Shown here one piece after another: positions 28,482 through 42,717 of a stretch of DNA of 64,000 nt (positions are counted from its first letter, which is position 1; every line of letters starts with the position of its first letter). The stretch lies in NCBI RefSeq assembly GCF_009914755.1, contig NC_060948.1; one strand, given 5' to 3'. Position numbers and translations under genes: made by a program. This stretch comes from the human T2T-CHM13v2.0 reference genome, Homo sapiens. The notes below the pieces were generated by a model. That model made no database searches. It was not told where the DNA came from and saw nothing but the letters and a program-made list of their open reading frames with translations.

Positions 28482-31400
28482 AATGCAATTTAATAAAATA
28501 GGATCAAATGTAATGGAATGGAATGGAAAGGAATCGAAACGAAAGGAATGGAGACAGATGGAATGGAATGGAACAGAGAGCAATGGTATAGAATGGAATG
28601 GAATCATCTGGAATGGAATTGAATGGAATGGAATAATATGAAATGGAATGGAATGGAATGGAATGGAATGCCCTTGAATTAAATGGACTGGAATGGAATG
28701 GACTCGAACAGAGTGGAATGGAAAGTGTTGAGATAGAATGGAATGGACTCCTTTGGAATGGTGTAGTATGCAATGCAATCGACTGGCAGGGAATCAAAAG
28801 GAATGTAATGGAATGGACTGGACTGGAATGCAATGGACTCGTATAGATTGGAAACGGAATGCAAAGGAATGGAATGGAATAGTATGGAATGGAATGGAAA
28901 GGAATGGAGTGGAATAGACTAGAGTGGAATGGAATGGACTGGAAAGCAATGGACTGGAATGGAACTTTCTTGAATGGACTGGAATCAAACGGAATGGAAT
29001 GCAATGCAATCAAATGGCATGGAATAAAATAGAATGAAAGAGAATCAAATGGAATTGAATCGAATGGAATCGAATGGATTGGAAAGGAATAGAATGGAAT
29101 GGAATGGAATGGACTCAAATGGAATGTACTAGAATGGAATGGATTCGAATGGAAGGCAAAGGAATGGAATCTATTGGAATGGACTGTAATGGAATGGAAT
29201 GGAAGGGATTGGAATGGACTCGAATGGAATGGACTGCAATAGAAAGGATTCGAATGGAATGAAAAAGAATTGAATGGAATAGAACAGAATGGAATCAAAT
29301 CGAATGAAATGGAATGGAATAGAAAGGAATGGAATGAAATGGAATGGAAAGGATTCGAATGGAATGCAATCGAATGGAATGGAATCGAACGGAATGGAAT
29401 AAAATGGAAGAAAACTGGCAAGAAATGGAATCGAAATGAATGGAGTGTTATGGAACGGACTCAAAAGGAATTGAATGTAATAGAATGGAGTGGAGTGGAC
29501 TCGAATATAATGGACTGGAATGGAATGAAATCACATGGAATGGGAACGAATGGAATGGAATGGAAAGGAATGGAATCGAATGGAAAGGAATCGAATGGAA
29601 GGGAATGAAATTGAATCAACAGGAATGGAAGGGAATAGAATAGACGGTAATGGAATGGACTCGAATAGAATGGACACGAATGCTCAAATTGAATGGACTC
29701 GAATGGAATGGAAACGAAAGGAATGTAATCGAATGGAATTGAATCGATTGGAATGAAATCGCACAGAATGGAGTGGAATCAAATGGAATTGAATCGAAAG
29801 GAAAGGAAGCCAATGGACTGAAATGAAATGGAATGGAATTGAATGGAAAGTAATGCAATGGAATAGAATGGAACGAAATTTCACGGAATGGAATCAAACT
29901 GAATGGAATCAAATCAATGGAATCAAATCAAATGGAATGGAAAGGAATTGAATGGAGTAGATTGGATTGGATGGGATTGGAATGAAATGTACTGGAAAGG
30001 ACTCGAATTTCATGAAACGGAATGGAATGAATTGGAACGGAATGGACTCGAATGGAATGGAATGTCATGGAATGGCATCAAATGGAATGGCATCAAATGG
30101 AATGGAATCGAATGCAATGGAATGCTATGGAATGGAATGGAATGCATTGGAATGGAATGTCCTCTAATGGAATGGATTCGAGTGGAATGGAATCGAATAT
30201 AATGGAGTCGAATGAAATGGAATTGAAAGGAATGGGATCGAATACAATGGAATATACTGGAATGTAATGTAATGAACTCGAATGTAATTGACTGGAATGG
30301 AATGTACATGAATGGAATGTAATCGAATGGAAAGTAATCCAATGGAATAGAATCTAATGCAATAAAATCGACTCAGATAGAGTAGAATGTAATGGAATGG
30401 AGTGCAGTGCAATGGAATGGATTGGAATGGAATGCAATGGAATGGAATGGAATGGAATGGAATGGAATGGAATGGGATGGAATGGGATGGAATGGTATGG
30501 AATGGATAGTAATGGACTGGAGTGAAATGGACTGGAAAGGAATTGACTCAAATTGAAAGGGCTCGAAAGGAATGGAGTCAAATGTAATGGTCTGGAATGG
30601 AATGAACACGAATGTAATGCAATCCAATAGAATGGAATCGAATGGCATGGAATATAAAGAAATGGAATCGAAGAGAATGGAAACAAATGGAATGGAATTG
30701 AATGGAATGGAATTGAATGGAATGGGAAGGAATGGAGTGAAATTGTATGCAGTAGAAGAGAATAGAATGGAATGCAAGCGAAAGGAAAGGAATGGATTGG
30801 AATGGAATGGAACTCATTGGAATGGAAGGGAATGTAGTGTAATGGACAGGCCTGGAATAAAGTGGAAAGCTACGGTCTCGAATGGAATAAAAATATATGG
30901 AATGGAATGCAATGAAACGGAATCGAATGTCATAGAATGCAATGGAATGCAAAAACATGGAATCCAAAATCATTGACTGGAAAGGCTGGGTGTCGAAAGG
31001 AATTGACTCCAATGGAATGGAATCGAATGGAATGGAAGTGAATAGAATCGAACTAAATCGAATGGAATGGAATTGATAGGAACGGAATGGAAAGGAATGC
31101 AATGATTTGGCATGGAATGGAATCGAATGGCATCGAATGGAATGGAATGGAATGCAATGGAATGGAATGTATTAGAATGTAATGAACTTTAATGGAATGT
31201 ACTCGAATGGATTCGACTGGAATGGAATGTTCTGGAAGTGAATGGACTCCAATGGAATGGATTCAAAAGGAATGGAATCGTACGGAATGGAATCTAATGG
31301 AATGCAATTAAATGGAAATGAATCAAATTGAATAGCACGGAATTGAATTGAATGGAATGGAATGCAATGGAATCTAATGAAACGGAAAGGAAAGGAATGG

Positions 31401-32050
31401 AATGGAATGGAATGGGCTGGAATGGAAAGGAATCGAAACGAATGGAATGGAATCGAACTGAAGAGACTGGAATGGAATGCACTGGAATGGAAGGGAGTGT
31501 AATGGAAGGTTCTCGAAAAAAATGGAATCGAATGGAATGGAATTGAATGGAACGGAATAGAGTCGAATGGAATTGAATGGAATGGAATGGACTAGAGTGA
31601 AATGGAATCGAACCACAAGGAATGGACAGGAATAGAATGGTCTCGAATTGAATGGAATCGTATGGAATGGCATCAAACGGAATGGAATGGACAGCCACGG
31701 AATGGAATGCACTCGAATGCAATGGAGTCGAAACTAATGGACTGGAATAGAATGGACTCGACTGGTACGGACTGCAATGGAATGGAATCGAATGGAAGGG
31801 AATCGAACGGAATGGACTCGAAGGGAAAAGACTGCAATGGAAAGGTCTCGAATGGAATGGAAATTAATGGAATGGAATGGAATCGAATGAAATGGAGTCA
31901 AAAGGAATGGAATCGAATGGCAAGAAATCGAATGTAATGGAATCGCAAGGAATTGATGTGAACGGAACGGAATGGAATGGAATCCAAAGGAATGGAATAG
32001 AATGGAATGGAATCGAATGGAAAGGACTCGAATGGAAATCACTCGAATAG
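28482..32050 (+). repeat. DYZ1 unit 9 (3569 bp, copy of unit 1)
   Basis: ORF translations and private alleles match unit 1 at offset 28481. Confidence 0.93.
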
Positions 32051-35000
32051 AATGCAATTTAATAAAATAGGATCAAATGTAATGGAATGGAATGGAAAGG
32101 AATCGAAACGAAAGGAATGGAGACAGATGGAATGGAATGGAACAGAGAGCAATGGTATAGAATGGAATGGAATCATCTGGAATGGAATTGAATGGAATGG
32201 AATAATATGAAATGGAATGGAATGGAATGGAATGGAATGCCCTTGAATTAAATGGACTGGAATGGAATGGACTCGAACAGAGTGGAATGGAAAGTGTTGA
32301 GATAGAATGGAATGGACTCCTTTGGAATGGTGTAGTATGCAATGCAATCGACTGGCAGGGAATCAAAAGGAATGTAATGGAAAGGACTGGACTGGAATGC
32401 AATGGACTCGTATAGATTGGAAACGGAATGCAAAGGAATGGAATGGAATAGTATGGAATGGAATGGAAAGGAATGGAGTGGAATAGACTAGAGTGGAATG
32501 GAATGGACTGGAAAGCAATGGACTGGAATGGAACTTTCTTGAATGGACTGGAATCAAACGGAATGGAATGCAATGCAATCAAATGGCATGGAATAAAATA
32601 GAATGAAAGAGAATCAAATGGAATTGAATCGAATGGAATCGAATGGATTGGAAAGGAATAGAATGGAATGGAATGGAATTGACTCAAATGGAATGGACTA
32701 GAATGGAATGGATTCGAATGGAAGGCAAAGGAATGGAATCTATTGGAATGGACTGTAATGGAATGGAATGGAAGGGATTGGAATGGACTCGAATGGAATG
32801 GACTGCAATAGAAAGGATTCGAATGGAATGAAAAAGAATTGAATGGAATAGAACAGAATGGAATCAAATCGAATGAAATGGAATGGAATAGAAAGGAATG
32901 GAATGAAATGGAATGGAAAGGATTCGAATGGAATGCAATCGAATGGAATGGAATCGAACGGAATGGAATAAAATGGAAGAAAACTGGCAAGAAATGGAAT
33001 CGAAATGAATGGAGTGTTATGGAACGGACTCAAAAGGAATTGAATGTAATAGAATGGAGTGGAGTGGACTCGAATATAATGGACTGGAATGGAATGAAAT
33101 CACATGGAATGGGAACGAATGGAATGGAATGGAAAGGAATGGAATCGAATGGAAAGGAATCGAATGGAAGGGAATGAAATTGAATCAACAGGAATGGAAG
33201 GGAATAGAATAGACGGTAATGGAATGGACTCGAATAGAATGGACACGAATGCTCAAATTGAATGGACTCGAATGGAATGGAAACGAAAGGAATGTCATCG
33301 AATGGAATTGAATCGATTGGAATGAAATCGCATAGAATGGAGTGGAATCAAATGGAATTGAATCGAAAGGAAAGGAAGCCAATGGACTGAAATGAAATGG
33401 AATGGAATTGAATGGAAAGTAATGCAATGGAATAGAATGGAACGAAATTTCACGGGATGGAATCAAACTGAATGGAATCAAATCAATGGAATCAAATCAA
33501 ATGGAATGGAAAGGAATTGAATGGAGTAGATTGGATTGGATGGGATTGGAATGAAATGTACTGGAAAGGACTCGAATTTCATGAAACGGAATGGAATGAA
33601 TTGGAACGGAATGGACTCGAATGGAATGGAATGTCATGGAATGGCATCAAATGGAATGGAATCGAATGCAATGGAATGCTATGGAATGGAATGGAATGCA
33701 TTGGAATGGAATGTCCTCTAATGGAATGGATTCGAGTGGAATGGAATCGAATATAATGGAGTCGAATGAAATGGAATTGAAAGGAATGGGATCGAATACA
33801 ATGGAATATACTGGAATGTAATGTAATGAACTCGAATGTAATTGACTGGAATGGAATGTACATGAATGGAATGTAATCGAATGGAAAGTAATCCAATGGA
33901 ATAGAATCTAATGCAATAAAATCGACTCAGATAGAGTAGAATGTAATGGAATGGAGTGCAGTGCAATGGAATGGATTGGAATGGAATGCAATGGAATGGA
34001 ATGGAATGGAATGGAATGGAATGGAATGGGATGGAATGGGATGGAATGGTATGGAATGGATAGTAATGGACTGGAGTGAAATGGACTGGAAAGGAATGGA
34101 CTCAAATTGAAAGGGCTCGAAAGGAATGGAGTCAAATGTAATGGTCTGGAATGGAATGAACACGAATGTAATGCAATCCAATAGAATGGAATCGAATGGC
34201 ATGGAATATAAAGAAATGGAATCGAAGAGAATGGAAACAAATGGAATGGAATTGAATGGAATGGAATTGAATGGAATGGGAAGGAATGGAGTGAAATTGT
34301 ATGCAGTAGAAGAGAATAGAATGGAATGCAAGCGAAAGGAAAGGAATGGATTGGAATGGAATGGAACTCATTGGAATGGAAGGGAATGTAGTGTAATGGA
34401 CAGGCCTGGAATAAAGTGGAAAGCTACGGTCTCGAATGGAATAAAAATATATGGAATGGAATGCAATGAAACGGAATCGAATGTCATAGAATGTAATGGA
34501 ATGCAAAAACATGGAATCCAAAATCATTGACTGGAAAGGCTGGGTGTCGAAAGGAATTGACTCCAATGGAATGGAATCGAATGGAATGGAAGTGAATAGA
34601 ATCGAACTAAATCGAATGGAATGGAATTGATAGGAACGGAATGGAAAGGAATGCAATGATTTGGCATGGAATGGAATCGAATGGCATCGAATGGAATGGA
34701 ATGGAATGCAATGGAATGGAATGTATTAGAATGTAATGAACTTTAATGGAATGTACTCGAATGGATTCGACTGGAATGGAATGTTCTGGAAGTGAATGGA
34801 CTCCAATGGAATGGATTCAAAAGGAATGGAATCGTACGGAATGGAATCTAATGGAATGCAATTAAATGGAAATGAATCAAATTGAATAGCACGGAATTGA
34901 ATTGAATGGAATGGAATGCAATGGAATCTAATGAAACGGAAAGGAAAGGAATGGAATGGAATGGAATGGGCTGGAATGGAAAGGAATCGAAACGAATGGA

Positions 35001-35604
35001 ATGGAATCGAAGTGAAGAGACTGGAATGGAATGCACTGGAATGGAAGGGAGTGTAATGGAAGGTTCTCGAAAAAAATGGAATCGAATGGAATGGAATTGA
35101 ATGGAACGGAATAGAGTCGAATGGAATTGAATGGAATGGAATGGACTAGAGTGAAATGGAATCGAACCACAAGGAATGGACAGGAATAGAATGGTCTCGA
35201 ATTGAATGGAATCGTATGGAATGGCATCAAACGGAATGGAATGGACAGCCACGGAATGGAATGCACTCGAATGCAATGGAGTCGAAACTAATGGACTGGA
35301 ATAGAATGGACTCGACTGGTACGGACTGCAATGGAATGGAATCGAATGGAAGGGAATCGAACGGAATGGACTCGAAGGGAAAAGACTGCAATGGAAAGGT
35401 CTCGAATGGAATGGAAATTAATGGAATGGAATGGAATCGAATGAAATGGAGTCAAAAGGAATGGAATCGAATGGCAAGAAATCGAATGTAATGGAATCGC
35501 AAGGAATTGATGTGAACGGAACGGAATGGAATGGAATCCAAAGGAATGGAATAGAATGGAATGGAATCGAATGGAAAGGACTCGAATGGAAATCACTCGA
35601 ATAG
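32051..35604 (+). repeat. DYZ1 unit 10 (3554 bp, copy of unit 2)
   Basis: Same private alleles and 15-bp deletion as unit 2. Confidence 0.93.
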
Positions 35605-38600
35605 AATGCAATTTAATAAAATAGGATCAAATGTAATGGAATGGAATGGAAAGGAATCGAAACGAAAGGAATGGAGACAGATGGAATGGAATGGAAGAGA
35701 GAGCAATGGTATAGAATGGAATGGAATCATCTGGAATGGAATTGAATGGAATGGAATAATATGAAATGGAATGGAATGGAATGGAATGGAATGCCCTTGA
35801 ATTAAATGGACTGGAATGGAATGGACTCGAACAGAGTGGAATGGAAAGTGTTGAGATAGAATGGAATGGACTCCTTTGGAATGGTGTAGTATGCAATGCA
35901 ATCGACTGGCAGGGAATCAAAAGGAATGTAATGGAATGGACTGGACTGGAATGCAATGGACTCGTATAGATTGGAAACGGAATGCAAAGGAATGGAATGG
36001 AATAGTATGGAATGGAATGGAAAGGAATGGAGTGGAATAGACTAGAGTGGAATGGAATGGACTGGAAAGCAATGGACTGGAATGGAACTTTCTTGAATGG
36101 ACTGGAATCAAACGGAATGGAATGCAATGCAATCAAATGGCATGGAATAAAATAGAATGAAAGAGAATCAAATGGAATTGAATCGAATGGAATCGAATGG
36201 ATTGGAAAGGAATAGAATGGAATGGAATGGAATTGACTCAAATGGAATGGACTAGAATGGAATGGATTCGAATGGAAGGCAAAGGAATGGAATCTATTGG
36301 AATGGACTGTAATGGAATGGAATGGAAGGGATTGGAATGGACTCGAATGGAATGGACTGCAATAGAAAGGATTCGAATGGAATGAAAAAGAATTGAATGG
36401 AATAGAACAGAATGGAATCAAATCGAATGAAATGGAATGGAATAGAAAGGAATGGAATGAAATGGAATGGAAAGGATTCGAATGGAATGCAATCGAATGG
36501 AATGGAATCGAACGGAATGGAATAAAATGGAAGAAAACTGGCAAGAAATGGAATCGAAATGAATGGAGTGTTATGGAACGGACTCAAAAGGAATTGAATG
36601 TAATAGAATGGAGTGGAGTGGACTCGAATATAATGGACTGGAATGGAATGAAATCACATGGAATGGGAACGAATGGAATGGAATGGAAAGGAATGGAATC
36701 GAATGGAAAGGAATCGAATGGAAGGGAATGCAATTGAATCAACAGGAATGGAAGGGAATAGAATAGACGGTAATGGAATGGACTCGAATAGAATGGACAC
36801 GAATGCTCAAATTGAATGGACTCGAATGGAATGGAAACGAAAGGAATGTCATCGAATGGAATTGAATCGATTGGAATGAAATCGCATAGAATGGAGTGGA
36901 ATCAAATGGAATTGAATCGAAAGGAAAGGAAGCCAATGGACTGAAATGAAATGGAATGGAATTGAATGGAAAGTAATGCAATGGAATAGAATGGAACGAA
37001 ATTTCACGGGATGGAATCAAACTGAATGGAATCAAATCAATGGAATCAAATCAAATGGAATGGAAAGGAATTGAATGGAGTAGATTGGATTGGATGGGAT
37101 TGGAATGAAATGTACTGGAAAGGACTCGAATTTCATGAAACGGAATGGAATGAATTGGAACGGAATGGACTCGAATGGAATGGAATGTCATGGAATGGCA
37201 TCAAATGGAATGGAATCGAATGCAATGGAATGCTATGGAATGGAATGGAATGCATTGGAATGGAATGTCCTCTAATGGAATGGATTCGAGTGGAATGGAA
37301 TCGAATATAATGGAGTCGAATGAAATGGAATTGAAAGGAATGGGATCGAATACAATGGAATATACTGGAATGTAATGTAATGAACTCGAATGTAATTGAC
37401 TGGAATGGAATGTACATGAATGGAATGTAATCGAATGGAAAGTAATCCAATGGAATAGAATCTAATGCAATAAAATCGACTCAGATAGAGTAGAATGTAA
37501 TGGAATGGAGTGCAGTGCAATGGAATGGATTGGAATGGAATGCAATGGAATGGAATGGAATGGAATGGAATGGAATGGAATGGGATGGAATGGGATGGAA
37601 TGGTATGGAATGGATAGTAATGGACTGGAGTGAAATGGACTGGAAAGGAATGGACTCAAATTGAAAGGGCTCGAAAGGAATGGAGTCAAATGTAATGGTC
37701 TGGAATGGAATGAACACGAATGTAATGCAATCCAATAGAATGGAATCGAATGGCATGGAATATAAAGAAATGGAATCGAAGAGAATGGAAACAAATGGAA
37801 TGGAATTGAATGGAATGGAATTGAATGGAATGGGAAGGAATGGAGTGAAATTGTATGCAGTAGAAGAGAATAGAATGGAATGCAAGCGAAAGGAAAGGAA
37901 TGGATTGGAATGGAATGGAACTCATTGGAATGGAAGGGAATGTAGTGTAATGGACAGGCCTGGAATAAAGTGGAAAGCTACGGTCTCGAATGGAATAAAA
38001 ATATATGGAATGGAATGCAATGAAACGGAATCGAATGTCATAGAATGTAATGGAATGCAAAAACATGGAATCCAAAATCATTGACTGGAAAGGCTGGGTG
38101 TCGAAAGGAATTGACTCCAATGGAATGGAATCGAATGGAATGGAAGTGAATAGAATCGAACTAAATCGAATGGAATGGAATTGATAGGAACGGAATGGAA
38201 AGGAATGCAATGATTTGGCATGGAATGGAATCGAATGGCATCGAATGGAATGGAATGGAATGCAATGGAATGGAATGTATTAGAATGTAATGAACTTTAA
38301 TGGAATGTACTCGAATGGATTCGACTGGAATGGAATGTTCTGGAAGTGAATGGACTCCAATGGAATGGATTCAAAAGGAATGGAATCGTACGGAATGGAA
38401 TCTAATGGAATGGAATTAAATGGAAATGAATCAAATTGAATAGCACGGAATTGAATTGAATGGAATGGAATGCAATGGAATCTAATGAAACGGAAAGGAA
38501 AGGAATGGAATGGAATGGAATGGGCTGGAATGGAAAGGAATCGAAACGAATGGAATGGAATCGAAGTGAAGAGACTGGAATGGAATGCACTGGAATGGAA

Positions 38601-39158
38601 GGGAGTGTAATGGAAGGTTCTCGAAAAAAATGGAATCGAATGGAATGGAATTGAATGGAACGGAATAGAGTCGAATGGAATTGAATGGAATGGAATGGAC
38701 TAGAGTGAAATGGAATCGAACCACAAGGAATGGACAGGAATAGAATGGTCTCGAATTGAATGGAATCGTATGGAATGGCATCAAACGGAATGGAATGGAC
38801 AGCCACGGAATGGAATGCACTCGAATGCAATGGAGTCGAAACTAATGGACTGGAATAGAATGGACTCGACTGGTACGGACTGCAATGGAATGGAATCGAA
38901 TGGAAGGGAATCGAACGGAATGGACTCGAAGGGAAAAGACTGCAATGGAAAGGTCTCGAATGGAATGGAAATTAATGGAATGGAATGGAATCGAATGAAA
39001 TGGAGTCAAAAGGAATGGAATCGAATGGCAAGAAATCGAATGTAATGGAATCGCAAGGAATTGATGTGAACGGAACGGAATGGAATGGAATCCAAAGGAA
39101 TGGAATAGAATGGAATGGAATCGAATGGAAAGGACTCGAATGGAAATCACTCGAATAG
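35605..39158 (+). repeat. DYZ1 unit 11 (3554 bp, copy of unit 3)
   Basis: GGAAGAGAGAG and GGGAATGCAATTG alleles and 15-bp deletion as in unit 3. Confidence 0.93.
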
Positions 39159-42100
39159 AATGCAATTTAATAAAATAGGATCAAATGTAATGGAATGGAA
39201 TGGAAAGGAATCGAAACGAAAGGAATGGAGACAGATGGAATGGAATGGAACAGAGAGCAATGGTATAGAATGGAATGGAATCATCTGGAATGGAATTGAA
39301 TGGAATGGAATAATATGAAATGGAATGGAATGGAATGGAATGGAATGCCCTTGAATTAAATGGACTGGAATGGAATGGACTCGAACAGAGTGGAATGGAA
39401 AGTGTTGAGATAGAATGGAATGGACTCCTTTGGAATGGTGTAGTATGCAATGCAATCGACTGGCAGGGAATCAAAAGGAATGTAATGGAATGGACTGGAC
39501 TGGAATGCAATGGACTCGTATAGATTGGAAACGGAATGCAAAGGAATGGAATGGAATAGTATGGAATGGAATGGAAAGGAATGGAGTGGAATAGACTAGA
39601 GTGGAATGGAATGGACTGGAAAGCAATGGACTGGAATGGAACTTTCTTGAATGGACTGGAATCAAACGGAATGGAATGCAATGCAATCAAATGGCATGGA
39701 ATAAAATAGAATGAAAGAGAATCAAATGGAATTGAATCGAATGGAATCGAATGGATTGGAAAGGAATAGAATGGAATGGAATGGAATTGACTCAAATGGA
39801 ATGGACTAGAATGGAATGGATTCGAATGGAAGGCAAAGGAATGGAATCTATTGGAATGGACTGTAATGGAATGGATTGGAATGGACTCGAATGGAATGGA
39901 CTGCAATAGAAAGGATTCGAATGGAATGAAAAAGAATTGAATGGAATAGAACAGAATGGAATCAAATCGAATGAAATGGAATGGAATAGAAAGGAATGGA
40001 ATGAAATGGAATGGAAAGGATTCGAATGGAATGCAATCGAATGGAATGGAATCGAACGGAATGGAATAAAATGGAAGAAAACTGGCAAGAAATGGAATCG
40101 AAATGAATGGAGTGTTATGGAACGGACTCAAAAGGAATTGAATGTAATAGAATGGAGTGGAGTGGACTCGAATATAATGGACTGGAATGGAATGAAATCA
40201 CATGGAATGGGAACGAATGGAATGGAATGGAAAGGAATGGAATCGAATGGAAAGGAATCGAATGGAAGGGAATGAAATTGAATCAACAGGAATGGAAGGG
40301 AATAGAATAGACGGTAATGGAATGGACTCGAATAGAATGGACACGAATGCTCAAATTGAATGGACTCGAATGGAATGGAAACGAAAGGAATGTCATCGAA
40401 TGGAATTGAATCGATTGGAATGAAATCGCATAGAATGGAGTGGAATCAAATGGAATTGAATCGAAAGGAAAGGAAGCCAATGGACTGAAATGAAATGGAA
40501 TGGAATTGAATGGAAAGTAATGCAATGCAATAGAATGGAACGAAATTTCACGGGATGGAATCAAACTGAATGGAATCAAATCAATGGAATCAAATCAAAT
40601 GGAATGGAAAGGAATTGAATGGAGTAGATTGGATTGGATGGGATTGGAATGAAATGTACTGGAAAGGACTCGAATTTCATGAAACGGAATGGAATGAATT
40701 GGAACGGAATGGACTCGAATGGAATGGAATGTCATGGAATGGCATCAAATGGAATGGCATCAAATGGAATGGAATCGAATGCAATGGAATGCTATGGAAT
40801 GGAATGGAATGCATTGGAATGGAATGTCCTCTAATGGAATGGATTCGAGTGGAATGGAATCGAATATAATGGAGTCGAATGAAATGGAATTGAAAGGAAT
40901 GGGATCGAATACAATGGAATATACTGGAATGTAATGTAATGAACTCGAATGTAATTGACTGGAATGGAATGTACATGAATGGAATGTAATCGAATGGAAA
41001 GTAATCCAATGGAATAGAATCTAATGCAATAAAATCGACTCAGATAGAGTAGAATGTAATGGAATGGAGTGCAGTGCAATGGAATGGATTGGAATGGAAT
41101 GCAATGGAATGGAATGGAATGGAATGGAATGGAATGGAATGGGATGGAATGGGATGGAATGGTATGGAATGGATAGTAATGGACTGGAGTGAAATGGACT
41201 GGAAAGGAATGGACTCAAATTGAAAGGGCTCGAAAGGAATGGAGTCAAATGTAATGGTCTGGAATGGAATGAACACGAATGTAATGCAATCCAATAGAAT
41301 GGAATCGAATGGCATGGAATATAAAGAAATGGAATCGAAGAGAATGGAAACAAATGGAATGGAATTGAATGGAATGGAATTGAATGGAATGGGAAGGAAT
41401 GGAGTGAAATTGTATGCAGTAGAAGAGAATAGAATGGAATGCAAGCGAAAGGAAAGGAATGGATTGGAATGGAATGGAACTCATTGGAATGGAAGGGAAT
41501 GTAGTGTAATGGACAGGCCTGGAATAAAGTGGAAAGCTACGGTCTCGAATGGAATAAAAATATATGGAATGGAATGCAATGAAACGGAATCGAATGTCAT
41601 AGAATGCAATGGAATGCAAAAACATGGAATCCAAAATCATTGACTGGAAAGGCTGGGTGTCGAAAGGAATTGACTCCAATGGAATGGAATCGAATGGAAT
41701 GGAAGTGAATAGAATCGAACTAAATCGAATGGAATGGAATTGATAGGAACGGAATGGAAAGGAATGCAATGATTTGGCATGGAATGGAATCGAATGGCAT
41801 CGAATGGAATGGAATGGAATGCAATGGAATGGAATGTATTAGAATGTAATGAACTTTAATGGAATGTACTCGAATGGATTCGACTGGAATGGAATGTTCT
41901 GGAAGTGAATGGACTCCAATGGAATGGATTCAAAAGGAATGGAATCGTACGGAATGGAATCTAATGGAATGCAATTAAATGGAAATGAATCAAATTGAAT
42001 AGCACGGAATTGAATTGAATGGAATGGAATGCAATGGAATCTAATGAAACGGAAAGGAAAGGAATGGAATGGAATGGAATGGGCTGGAATGGAAAGGAAT

Positions 42101-42717
42101 CGAAACGAATGGAATGGAATCGAACTGAAGAGACTGGAATGGAATGCACTGGAATGGAAGGGAGTGTAATGGAAGGTTCTCGAAAAAAATGGAATCGAAT
42201 GGAATGGAATTGAATGGAACGGAATAGAGTCGAATGGAATTGAATGGAATGGAATGGACTAGAGTGAAATGGAATCGAACCACAAGGAATGGACAGGAAT
42301 AGAATGGTCTCGAATTGAATGGAATCGTATGGAATGGCATCAAACGGAATGGAATGGACAGCCACGGAATGGAATGCACTCGAATGCAATGGAGTCGAAA
42401 CTAATGGACTGGAATAGAATGGACTCGACTGGTACGGACTGCAATGGAATGGAATCGAATGGAAGGGAATCGAACGGAATGGACTCGAAGGGAAAAGACT
42501 GCAATGGAAAGGTCTCGAATGGAATGGAAATTAATGGAATGGAATGGAATCGAATGAAATGGAGTCAAAAGGAATGGAATCGAATGGCAAGAAATCGAAT
42601 GTAATGGAATCGCAAGGAATTGATGTGAACGGAACGGAATGGAATGGAATCCAAAGGAATGGAATAGAATGGAATGGAATCGAATGGAAAGGACTCGAAT
42701 GGAAATCACTCGAATAG
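39159..42717 (+). repeat. DYZ1 unit 12 (3559 bp, subfamily A)
   Basis: 10-bp deletion near 39871 shared with unit 4; the rest is A-type. Confidence 0.92.
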
